Below, piece by piece: positions 1 to 9,200 of a stretch of DNA of 64,000 nucleotides. Each line of letters opens with the position of its first letter. The first letter of the stretch is position 1. The translations under genes were made by a program, and so were the position numbers. Origin of the DNA: Thermoplasmatota archaeon (lineage in GTDB: Archaea > Thermoplasmatota > Penumbrarchaeia > JASLWR01); the NCBI GenBank assembly GCA_030740765.1, contig JASLWR010000009.1:1905-65904 (forward strand), read 5' to 3'. The notes beneath the pieces are model-generated. The model made no database searches and was not told where the DNA came from. It saw nothing but the letters and a program-made list of their open reading frames with translations.

Positions 1-202
1 CGATCGCAATAAGCGGTGGCGATTTCTGGACCGGCATGTTCCACGCAACGGTCATTACCGCTCGTTCGTTCCCGTAAGCTGCGGATATCATTATCACCGG
101 ACCGCTGTTCACCATACGGGTGGCGTATTCGAGACCAATCTCTTCAAATTTGTTTTCGGGCATGTATTCACCTGATCCGGGAACATAATTGTGATGATTC
201 AT
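1..202 (-). CDS. flavin reductase-like (FMN-binding split-barrel) domain protein, N-terminal part; continues beyond the window start
   Basis: Reverse-strand translation from ATG at 200-202: MNHHNYVPGSGEYMPENKFEEIGLEYATRMVNSGPVIMISAAYGNERAVMTVAWNMPVQKSPPLIAI. The V-I-M-I-S...MTV-AW...P-P motif is typical of the Flavin_Reduct fold. Not in the ORF track because it is truncated at the window edge. Confidence 0.45.
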   Translation of the reverse strand, partial: MNHHNYVPGSGEYMPENKFEEIGLEYATRMVNSGPVIMISAAYGNERAVMTVAWNMPVQKSPPLIAI

Positions 203-556
203 CTATTTTTCTGCCGCCATTTCTCTTGACAGAAATTTCTCAAAGCCTCCCGTTTTCTACCCATTTAATTGATATTACATAATGATATATATACTTAAGA
301 CGTTCAACCTTGTTATAAAGAACGGCGACCAAGAAGTTGTGAGAAAGAGATCGTGAGATTTTTGCACATCTCTCACTTTCTTCTGTGGAGAAACCGAAAA
401 GAAACGTGATGCAGAAACACCTGTACCGGTTGAAAAAACCGCGCAAGAAGAAGAAAAATTGGCTGCCAAGAAACAGAAAGAAGCCGAAGAGCTGGCCGAG
501 TTCGACGAACCGGAAAATTTCGATGAGGATTAAATTTGATTTAAAAAAGTGGATGG

Positions 557-1222
557 ATGAGCATGTTGGTTACCACGAAATATTTAAACAGCGATCTACT
601 GATGGCACCCACCAAGATAGTATGTGTACTTCGCAATTACCTGGAGCACGCAAAAGAGCTGAACAGTCCGGTCCCGGAAAAGGTGAAATTCTTTCTCAAA
701 CCGCCATCTTCGCTCTTAGCGAATGAGGGTACCGTAATAATACCCGATTCCGTAGGATCACTGCACCACGAGGTGGAGCTGGCGGTCCTCATTGGGAAGA
801 GGGGCCGTTTTATTCCAGAGGACGAGGTGAAAGATCACGTCCTAGCCTACACTATAATGCTCGATATGACGGCAAGGGATCTGCAGTCTAATGCCAAAAA
901 GGCGGGTTTGCCCTGGACAGAGGCAAAGGGATATGATACATTCGCTCCCTTCGGGCCCCGCGCATATCCCCCCGGAGAGTTCGACTGGCACGATAAGCGG
1001 ATATGGCTCGACGTCAATGGAGAGCGGCGGCAGGAGGGAAATACCGATGAAATGCTTTTCAGTGTGGAAAGGATCATCTCGGAGGTCTCCGAAGTAATGA
1101 CTATCGAGCCGGGAGATATATTTTGTACGGGAACTCCGCCAGGAGTAGGGGCGGTCCGTTCGGGGGATAAAATTACGGCTGGGATCGACGGTATGGAACC
1201 GCTGACCGTTACAGTACAATAA
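557..1222 (+). CDS. fumarylacetoacetate hydrolase (FAH) family protein (2-keto-4-pentenoate hydratase / oxaloacetate decarboxylase-like)
   Basis: 221-aa ORF with FAH-family signature blocks (VCVLRNYLEHAKE, ELAVLIGK, PWTEAKGYDTFAPFGP, GDIFCTGTPPGVG). Confidence 0.85.
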   Translation: MSMLVTTKYLNSDLLMAPTKIVCVLRNYLEHAKELNSPVPEKVKFFLKPPSSLLANEGTVIIPDSVGSLHHEVELAVLIGKRGRFIPEDEVKDHVLAYTIMLDMTARDLQSNAKKAGLPWTEAKGYDTFAPFGPRAYPPGEFDWHDKRIWLDVNGERRQEGNTDEMLFSVERIISEVSEVMTIEPGDIFCTGTPPGVGAVRSGDKITAGIDGMEPLTVTVQ

Positions 1223-1569
1223 AAAAAATCATGGGTACAAGCACAAGCCAACGTATCAGGTGGGCCAAAATACCTACCACCCGGTCTCTCCTCATTCCAC
1301 GAGTTTTTTCGTTCTACACCATCTATGGAGAAATATAATTCCCAAGGACCAGAATGGAGACGGCAGAATAATACCGACGGGGATTTCATTATTACCGGCC
1401 GTAATATTGAGTGCCAAAGCCATACCCATAGAAGCGATAATGGCTATGGGGCCGCCCATCGACTACTAATTGTATGTACCTTAAGCGAAATGAATGAAAA
1501 TTATAGAAAGATTAAAAGGTTATACAACATTTACACACGGTAAGTTATACTATTTCGGAGGCAATTTAA

Positions 1570-2037
1570 ATGAGTATTTCAAGTAGGACATATATAACTC
1601 TAACGATGGTCTTGGTTTTTATACTGTCACTTTCTTTTTACGGTGAGGTTTCCGCTGAAGAAACCCGAGGCCCCGGATATTTTTCATCTGAATTAGAATT
1701 GACAGCTATTGACTTTGATGATGATAGCTATAAAGAAACTGTTAAAGTAGAGATAACAATTACCAACTCAAATTGGTTATATACTTCCACGTGTGATTTT
1801 GAGGCTACACTAAGTTGGGATTCAAATAATACAGTGGACCAATATTCTACTAGTTTCCAATTAAGCGCAGGGTATTATACTACTGTAACTTATTATCTTT
1901 CAACAGAATCAAACAGTGAGGAAGGTCAGTACACCGTCTATGTATCTCTTGAAGCAACTGATTCTGCAGAAACAAATTATGATTACGACTCAGGAAATGT
2001 GAATTTGTATCCTGCGGGGTATATCGATAAAGGGTGA
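1570..2037 (+). CDS. secreted hypothetical protein (N-terminal signal/TM helix; Ser/Thr/Tyr/Asn-rich)
   Basis: 155-aa ORF with an N-terminal hydrophobic segment (LTMVLVFILSLSFYG). A plausible RBS-like GGAGG lies upstream. No recognisable domain. Confidence 0.45.
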   Translation: MSISSRTYITLTMVLVFILSLSFYGEVSAEETRGPGYFSSELELTAIDFDDDSYKETVKVEITITNSNWLYTSTCDFEATLSWDSNNTVDQYSTSFQLSAGYYTTVTYYLSTESNSEEGQYTVYVSLEATDSAETNYDYDSGNVNLYPAGYIDKG

Positions 2038-2045
2038 ATTGAGTT

Positions 2046-3056
2046 ATGGCAGAACAAAAGAATCAAGAAAAAAACGAAACAATAGAAAACGTACAATCAC
2101 TCTACTCAGAAGCAGCACTCATGCAAAAACCAAAACTGTGCTGCCCAACGGGATACGCGGGGGATGAAACTTCACATATTCCTAAAGAAGTATTGGACGT
2201 TTCTTATGGTTGTGGAAACCCAACAACCTTCAAGGTCATGCAATCGGGAATGACCTTAGTTGATCTCGGATCGGGAGCAGGCATCGACTGTTTCATAGCA
2301 AGTAAGAAAGTAGGCCGGTATGGGAAAGTCATTGGCATTGATATGACGGACAACATGCTCGAAAAAGCCAGTAGGAACAAGGAATTGGTAGCTTCCAGGT
2401 TGGGTTTTGATAATGTGGAGTTCAGAAAAGGACAAATAGATAACCTGCCCGTTGCTGATAAGACCGCTGACCTGGTTATATCAAATTGCGTTATTAATTT
2501 AGCCGTCGATAAAGGCAAAGTCTTCGAAGAAATTCACAGAGTATTAAAGGATGAGGGCCTGTTCTGCGTTTCCGATATTGTAGCAAGCAAAGATGTGCCG
2601 CAACACCTCAAAGATGACAAGAAACTCTGGGGGGAATGCGTTAGCGGTGCTTTGGAAACAAGCAAGTACTTGCAAGCAGCAACAGAAGCAGGCTTTTACG
2701 GATTACAAGTGTTAAAAAGCTATGTTTGGCAGGCCATGGAAGGAATAAATTTCATTTCCATAACCCTCAAAGGACACAAACTAAAGAGAAGTCCTGAATG
2801 TATCTATCAAGGACAAACAGCAACATACAATGGACCTGGACTGGAATTTAAGGACGACGAGGATCACACCTTCAAACGAGGCATCCCCCTGGAAATATGC
2901 ATGGAAACAGCGAAAAGGCTCAACAAAGCACCATACGATTCATTCTTTAGTATTAGTGGGGTAACGGGGAACAAAGAAGAATCACCGGATTGCAGTACCC
3001 CAACAAAAAATGTAAATGCGAAAATAGAAAATGATTGTGGACCCGGGTGTTGTTAA
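2046..3056 (+). CDS. arsM: arsenite S-adenosylmethionine methyltransferase
   Basis: ArsM hallmark motifs are present: SYGCGNP, the SAM-binding VDLGSGAGID, VISNCVINL, conserved Cys residues and a C-terminal Cys pair. Confidence 0.85.
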   Translation: MAEQKNQEKNETIENVQSLYSEAALMQKPKLCCPTGYAGDETSHIPKEVLDVSYGCGNPTTFKVMQSGMTLVDLGSGAGIDCFIASKKVGRYGKVIGIDMTDNMLEKASRNKELVASRLGFDNVEFRKGQIDNLPVADKTADLVISNCVINLAVDKGKVFEEIHRVLKDEGLFCVSDIVASKDVPQHLKDDKKLWGECVSGALETSKYLQAATEAGFYGLQVLKSYVWQAMEGINFISITLKGHKLKRSPECIYQGQTATYNGPGLEFKDDEDHTFKRGIPLEICMETAKRLNKAPYDSFFSISGVTGNKEESPDCSTPTKNVNAKIENDCGPGCC

Positions 3057-4085
3057 GTGATCATCCTGATCATTCTGGGACTCATAGCAGTCATTGGACT
3101 GTCATACTGGAATGGAGCCAATGATGTTTCTAAAACTATAGCAACCATAGTAGGCGGGAGAGTAGGCAACTACAAACGAGCAGTAATCTTGGGAGCTACG
3201 TTCAACGCAGTAGGAACATTCTTGGCGTTGTTCTTTGCCCAAACCATCTTCAAAGTCTTCACAGAAGGACTAATTAAAGAAACCAATGTAGGAGAATTAT
3301 TTGCAGCGTCTGTTATCTTAGGAGCAGCAGCATGGATTGTTATAGCCACCAAAACAGGCATGCCCGTTTCAACCACTCACTCCATTCTAGGAGCAATAAT
3401 CTTCCTGGGACTGTTTGTTTTTACCACCGCAGGCATACTTTGGAAGTCAATAGCATTGAAAATAGCGCTTCCATTAATAATATCCCCAATTGTCTCATTC
3501 GTGATGGCATATGGCATATTCTGGCTATATAGCAAGAACTTGCTCTGCCTTAATAATTTAAACGTCAAAATATCAAAAAACATGCGCAAAGTATTGAATA
3601 TTGACAATGCACATTGGATTAGTTGTGCAGCAAGCAGCTTTGCACGTGGCATGAATGATGGGCCAAAATTTGTGGCACTGGCGGCGACGTTTTTGGTAGC
3701 AAATCAATTAACAAACAATGTTCCTGGATTGAATACGATCCTTTTTTCAGTCGTTGCAATAGCTATGGGCTTAGGAGGTTATATCCGTGGCATGAAAGTA
3801 ACCAAAACATTAGCTTATCGCGTCACCAAGATAGGACACAGAGATGGATTTATTGCAAACCTAATAACCTCGGTTTTGGTGACATCTGGAGCAAGCTTGG
3901 GAATGCCTATGTCAACAACGCATGTATCAAGCTTTGCTATTATAGGCATTGGAACGAAAAAAAGCGCAAAAAAAGTAAACTGGAAGACCGTAAAACACAT
4001 GGCACTTGCATGGTTTGTAACACTACCTTTATCAGGACTTTTTTCCATCATCTCTTACAACGTACTACTCGTAGTTGGTCTCTAA
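3057..4085 (+). CDS. PiT-family inorganic phosphate (and arsenate) permease, PHO4 superfamily
   Basis: Duplicated PiT signature (NGANDV...GMPVSTTH and MNDGPK...GMPMSTTH) in a multi-TM protein. Start is GTG immediately after the arsM stop. Confidence 0.85.
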   Translation: MIILIILGLIAVIGLSYWNGANDVSKTIATIVGGRVGNYKRAVILGATFNAVGTFLALFFAQTIFKVFTEGLIKETNVGELFAASVILGAAAWIVIATKTGMPVSTTHSILGAIIFLGLFVFTTAGILWKSIALKIALPLIISPIVSFVMAYGIFWLYSKNLLCLNNLNVKISKNMRKVLNIDNAHWISCAASSFARGMNDGPKFVALAATFLVANQLTNNVPGLNTILFSVVAIAMGLGGYIRGMKVTKTLAYRVTKIGHRDGFIANLITSVLVTSGASLGMPMSTTHVSSFAIIGIGTKKSAKKVNWKTVKHMALAWFVTLPLSGLFSIISYNVLLVVGL

Positions 4086-4363
4086 AATGACATAGGTTAT
4101 TATTTTGTTTTCGGGCACAATGCGGATAGAAGCTAAATAGTCCAAACATTCATCAACCACAAGAACAAAAATCTGGAATTTGTAGGAGAAAGCGGTGGCA
4201 CCAAAATAGCAAATGGAGTAAAAGAACACGAATCATAACTTAGATGAAAGCATAATCTTCAGAGTGTAAATGAAAATTGCCGTTAGCTTAATGTCTCTAA
4301 TTTTCTGAACTTCAGCCTGCCCCATTACTGAGGCTATTATTGAACACTGTAATAAACCTTTCA

Positions 4364-4837
4364 CTAGATCAAGTTCCTCTCGAAAACCCTCCTGTACCAA
4401 CTGACACGAAGGTAGGCCCGAGCCGTATCCTGTTGTGTGGCGGGGAAGGGTGAAACACAGCTCGCATCCGGCAGCAAATAAAACAACTTTGAGTTGTTAC
4501 CAATAGATTTTAATATTTTGAGAGACTCCTCTACAACCTCTCCATTTCCTTTTCCACCATACCATCTTCCATGTCTAAATGTCTCTAACCTATTAAACAA
4601 AACGGATATTTCCGTTTCTCCTTTTTCCCTTAATAGTTTAAATAAACCTGCATGTGTATCATTATGAATCTCATAGACCGATTCCAATTTATATGCAATT
4701 AAATGTTGAATTAAACCATAAATGATTTCCACGATTAGTGCAACGTCTTTATCGTATTCTTTTGTCTCGGATATTTTTTCGAGACTAGCTTTCAGTTCAG
4801 TGGCCTTTTGATAATGTCCTTCAGCTTTCATATTCAT
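4364..4837 (-). CDS. hypothetical protein
   Basis: 157-aa ORF with no confident domain assignment. It lies at the edge of the repeat-rich island. Confidence 0.35.
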   Translation of the reverse strand: MNMKAEGHYQKATELKASLEKISETKEYDKDVALIVEIIYGLIQHLIAYKLESVYEIHNDTHAGLFKLLREKGETEISVLFNRLETFRHGRWYGGKGNGEVVEESLKILKSIGNNSKLFYLLPDASCVSPFPATQQDTARAYLRVSWYRRVFERNLI

Positions 4838-4969
4838 CGAGCTTTCTGTCTCATAGGGACAGAATTTGACATATTTGAAGGTTTCTGTCCAATAATCCCA
4901 GAATGAAATATAATGGAAATCAGGTATTCGATAACAATAATAATCCGCCCAGACTTTTAATCATCAATT

Positions 4970-5148
4970 TCGTATAACGTCTTGCGGATTCCCGAAGTTG
5001 CGTGGGTGGGGAACATCCCTCAGGATTATCTGTCGGCGGAGGAGCAATTTGGGCGGAGGCCGAAGGCCGGGAGCCGAGAACTCGTTAGTTATGCGAGACC
5101 GTTAGGTCCGAGCATTGGGGAGGGGCGGTAGTCCCTCAACGAGCGCAG
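4970..5148. repeat. R1a: ~180-nt structured non-coding repeat element (family R1), starting tcgtataacg and containing gttatgcgag
   Basis: Aligns with 10896-11081 (R1b) at roughly 60-65% identity and with 11325-11400 (R1c). Compensatory hairpin changes are visible: gaccGTTAggtc in R1a versus gcccGATAgggc in R1b. A GGCC-loop-GGCC hairpin (ggccgaaggcc versus ggccgacaggcc) is also conserved. Confidence 0.6.
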
Positions 5149-5238
5149 TTTTGTTGGCAGAGAGTTTCTCCTAATATTACACAAATTGATTGGCGATCAT
5201 TCTATTATCCAACTTAACATCAGGTTGTTTTAGTATCT

Positions 5239-5553
5239 TCATGCAGCCTCAGGATGGACAATTTCAATTAGGATACCTTCCTTTACTTTTTTAAATAACG
5301 CGAGATCATCACTATGAATTCCGGTATTTTTCACTAATTCATTCGGTAAGGTCACCATCAGAGAACTTCCCATCTTTCGCACCTTTCGCACATTTTTTGG
5401 TCTTCTACCCGTAAGGACTTCCCACCTAAGCATTTCATTCGAAGTAAAAAAGGTCTCCTCACATTCATTACATTTCCATCCATTTATTTCTACATCTTCA
5501 CTTATCTCCGAATACTCAGAAATATCTCCATCGCACACGATACACTTTTTCAT
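5239..5553 (-). CDS. Zn-ribbon + AbrB/SpoVT-like (swapped-hairpin) DNA-binding protein; antitoxin-like
   Basis: N-terminal C-x2-C...C-x2-C zinc ribbon, then VRKMGSSLMVTLPNELVKNTGIHSDDLALFKKV, which is typical of AbrB/MazE-like domains. Paralogous to 10112-10420. Confidence 0.6.
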   Translation of the reverse strand: MKKCIVCDGDISEYSEISEDVEINGWKCNECEETFFTSNEMLRWEVLTGRRPKNVRKVRKMGSSLMVTLPNELVKNTGIHSDDLALFKKVKEGILIEIVHPEAA

Positions 5554-5557
5554 TTTA

Positions 5558-5809
5558 TTACCTCCTTCTTAGCTTGATATGGATCAATACCAACTCATCG
5601 ATTGTCTCTGCATATACCAATTCCCAGATTCCATTTTTGGTGGGCATAATGACGATCATTTTCTTTTTCGATTTCTTTTGGTGTACTCCTGATTCAAGGA
5701 TGTCTTCAACAAGGTCCAAATTCTTACGATATTTGTAATAGAGTTCTTCCTTAAAATGACCCGTTTCGATGAGTTCTTTCCCGTTATATATTATCGGTTC
5801 AAACACCAT
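5558..5809 (-). CDS. small hypothetical protein, first gene of a two-gene cassette (possible toxin partner)
   Basis: 83 aa. Related to 10420-10710 (shared G-KEL, ESG/ENGSE, KKxKKK, I-I/VMV, W/YELV/WLIG features). Its start overlaps the stop of the downstream gene, indicating an operon. Confidence 0.5.
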   Translation of the reverse strand: MVFEPIIYNGKELIETGHFKEELYYKYRKNLDLVEDILESGVHQKKSKKKMIVIMPTKNGIWELVYAETIDELVLIHIKLRRR

Positions 5810-5977
5810 TATCTCCTTTATATGTATGTTTTTATATAATAATATAGTTTTTGGTTAGAAAATAGTTCTTTGCGAAAATAATGTCCATATTCGGAAAAAG
5901 TTAAGATATGCCAATCAATTTGTAATTACGTCTTTTCCATATTATTAACCATCAATATTTACTCTCTGTCACAATTT

Positions 5978-6029
5978 CGCATAACTCCCTTATTCGCGAA
6001 TAAAAATTGCAGATAAAGGGAGTTATGCG
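5978..6029. promoter_or_regulatory. R2 copy 1: perfect 14-bp-stem hairpin (CGCATAACTCCCTT ... AAGGGAGTTATGCG) around an AAATTGCAGATAA core; candidate promoter/operator for the minus-strand cassette 5809->5239
   Basis: 56 bp (5981-6036) is identical to 12323-12378. It lies ~180 bp upstream (5') of the minus-strand gene start at 5809. Confidence 0.6.
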
Positions 6030-6279
6030 ATGTTTTCAGAAAGTTTTCACCCAAAAAGACTAAACTAAAAAATTTACAACCCGCGTTAATCCTGCTCACT
6101 CCGCCAATATCCCTTCCGCCTTTCTCACCGCCTTGTCCACCTTCGCAAAGACCCACATCAGTCCAATGACCCTAATTATTTGAATACTACGTGCAAGGAG
6201 AGGAATGCCGCTCAATTGAAAACACACTATCAACAAACGAATACAAACATACATAAAGTATTAAGCGATAGTAAATAAG

Positions 6280-9200
6280 ATGGTTGATAAAGACACACCT
6301 GCTGGCTCCCGTAAGGAGCTTGCTCCTGAGGGTGTCCGCTTTTCTATGCAGACCCCTTTGGGCTCTGCTACACCCTCGCCAAATATGGCTACGGGAGAAG
6401 ATGCATTTCCAATGCATCCGGAGGGTAACGTCCCGAGGATGCAGGTGAATTTCAATTCACCGGAGCAACGCGGGCATCGGAACGCAGTAGACCCGTCTAA
6501 CTTATCAGATGGTAACCTCGCGAGTAAAGTCGGCAAAACCGATTCCTCGTTAACATGGGACTTCAGGTACGAGGACTACGAGAAGTTCTTTCACAGCTAT
6601 CATAACCTGATGAGTTTCAAGATACAGAACATCCTTCTGGTTTCCAGCCCATACGACGCCTTCATACTCAATGAGGACGGCCGACTTTCCGAGCAGATAA
6701 TAGAAGAATATCTGGAACTCGGGCTCTCCTCGGCGCCAAGGCTGTACAGCGTCCCTTCGGGAAAGAGGGCTCTACTGGAATTGAAGAAAAGAAAATACGA
6801 TTTAGTTATTACTATGAGTCAGATATTCGACATCAACCCGGCCGAATTCGGCAGAAGGGCGAAGAAGCTTCGACCGGGGGTTCCCGTTGTACTTCTCGCC
6901 ACCGATAATATCACCGTTGCAAACTATCAGGTTCCCGGAGATCACAGCAGTTTCGACAAGGTCTTCCAATGGCTGGGCGATTCGGCTCTGTTCCTTGCCA
7001 TCATCAAGTATTTCGAGGATATAGGGAACGTCGACAAGGATACCAAGGGAGCAAATGTCAGGGTTATCGTCGTCGTGGAGGATTCGGCAAGATACTATTC
7101 CTCTTTTTTGCCAATAATATATAAAGAGGTAATGCGGCAGACCAAAGCATTGGTCTCTGAAGGCCTGAATGAGCACGAGAAGAGGATTCGGAGACGAAGG
7201 AGACCGAAAATATTGCTGGCCGAGACTTTCAAGGAAGCCTTAAGAGAATACAAAAAATATCACAAGTACATTCTAGGTATCATTACCGACATTTCCTTCC
7301 AGAGGAACGGAAAGAGGTGTATCGACGCGGGATTTAAGTTCGCGGAGAAACTCGACAAAAACATACCCGTTCTCTTCCAATCGTCCGATGAAAAACATTC
7401 CGAGCGCGCGAGGGTAATGCAGCGTCCGTTCCTCAACAAGAACTCACGTACTCTCCTCCGTGATCTGTCGGATTTTCTCACCAAGGAACTGGGATTCGGA
7501 GATTTCATATTCCGCATGCACGATGCCACTGAAATAGGAAGAGCGGCAGATCTGAAGGAGCTGGTCAAGCTCATCAGGGAGGTACCAGCAGAATCGCTCC
7601 GTTTCCACGAGAAGCGATTCCAATTCTCCCGCTGGTTGTTCGCCAGGGGTGAGTTGGACCTCGCAACGAAGATCCGCAAAAAGAAGTTCTCGGATTTTGA
7701 GTCGGTAGACGAAGTAAGAGACTTTCTCATAAACGGGATAGAGAAGACGAGAAAGAAGAGACAGACCGGCATCATAACTGATTTTTCACAGCAGAGCTTT
7801 GAGTTCGAAAGGTCTTTCACACGGTTCGGCAGAGGTTCTCTCGGTGGAAAGGGAAGGGGGATCGCTTTTCTCTCGGCCATGCTCCGCATGAGCAAGATCA
7901 ACAAGATACTGCCCGAGTTCAACATCCGTATCCCCGATACGCTCGTCATTACCACCGAAGAGTTCACCCTCTTCGTCGGGGAGAACGGGCTCGACGAGAT
8001 AGTCCATCTCGATATTTCCGACCGGGATATGGCCCACCGCTTCGTATCGGGATCATTGAGAGATGAGTTGAGGAAAGCTCTATTGAGGTACCTGGAGCAC
8101 GTTAAAGTTCCATTGGCCGTGCGCTCCTCAAGCCTTCTTGAGGACTCCCTTCATCAGCCCTTTGCAGGCATTTATTCGACATATCTGCTGCCTAACAACA
8201 GCGAAAATATTGAAGAGAGAATGGAGCTGCTCTGTTCTGCAATAAAGCTGGTTTACGCCTCGACCTATTTCCACGACGCCAAAACATATATTGAGAGTAC
8301 GTCCCAGAAAGTGGAAGAGGAAAAGATGGGTGTTGTGATACAGAAATTGGTGGGAGATGTTCATGGTGATAGGTTCTATCCTCTGTTCTCGGGGGCGGGG
8401 GTATCACGCAATTATTATCCTCTCCCTCCTCTGAAGCGGGATTCCGGTATTGCCTCTGTTGCCATCGGTCTCGGCAAGATGGTGGTGGACGGCGGTAAGG
8501 TTTTAAGCTTTTCTCCGGAAAATCCAAGGATTTTCCCAGGTTTCTCGACCACCGGGGAAATACTTCAAAATTCACAACGACAATTCTACTGCGTCGATCT
8601 GGCCCGCAGGGATTTTGATCTCACAGAGGGAGAGGATGCGACACTCAGGATTGTGAACATCTCTGACGCTAAAAAGGACGGAATACTTGACCTTACTGCC
8701 AGCGTCTATAACCCGAACGATGATATTATTCGAGATGGACCGTACCACGAGGGACACAAAGTCATAACCTTTGCCGGTATTCTGAAATACGAGAGGTATC
8801 CACTTGCAAATATTCTCCGGAACCTCCTGGAGATAGGTTCCAGAAGTCTTGGCGGTTCTGTGGAGATAGAATTCGCGGTATCGAATGGACGTGATGATCA
8901 ACTGGAGTTCCACATCCTCCAGATACGTCCCATTATATCCAACAAGGAGAAGAGCCTGGTCATGATAAAGGGAGTGGAGGATAATGAGGGGGTTATCGTC
9001 TATTCCGATAAGGCTATGGGCAACGGCTTGATCGATGACATTTCCGACATAGTCATGGTTCTTCCGTCGGAAATGGATAGAAACCAGACCCAATTGATAG
9101 CCCACGAGATCGGCGAGATCAATTCAACAATGAAGAAAGGATCATATCTCCTTCTGGGACCGGGAAGGTGGGGCAGTTTCGATAGATGGCTGGGAATACC

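Noticed and set aside
847-1389. 180-aa minus-strand ORF overlapping the FAH hydrolase
   Set aside because: Antisense shadow ORF of a confidently identified gene; no domain features.
1223-1569. Small hydrophobic 56-aa minus-strand ORF (MGGPIAIIASMGMALALNITAG...) in the FAH to 1570 intergenic region
   Set aside because: Too short, no motif, and it overlaps another antisense ORF. Cannot be supported from sequence alone.
4970-5148. Possibility that R1 elements are tRNA, SRP RNA or RNase P RNA genes, or a CRISPR array
   Set aside because: No tRNA cloverleaf or T-loop (GTTCRANYC) or anticodon-arm features. No SRP S-domain or RNase P P4 consensus. The copies are diverged rather than identical spaced repeats, so this is not CRISPR. 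Kept as an unclassified structured repeat family.
5959-6156. 65-aa minus-strand ORF (and its twin at 12214-12429) sharing ...KTSHNSLYLQFLFANKGV.RN
   Set aside because: The shared peptide is simply the translation of the duplicated 56-bp R2 hairpin element. The rest of the two ORFs is unrelated, so these are not genes.
6261-6536. 91-aa minus-strand ORF containing SGASSLREPAG
   Set aside because: It is the antisense reading of repeat R3, and the same peptide appears inside the giant ORF for the same reason. Not a gene.
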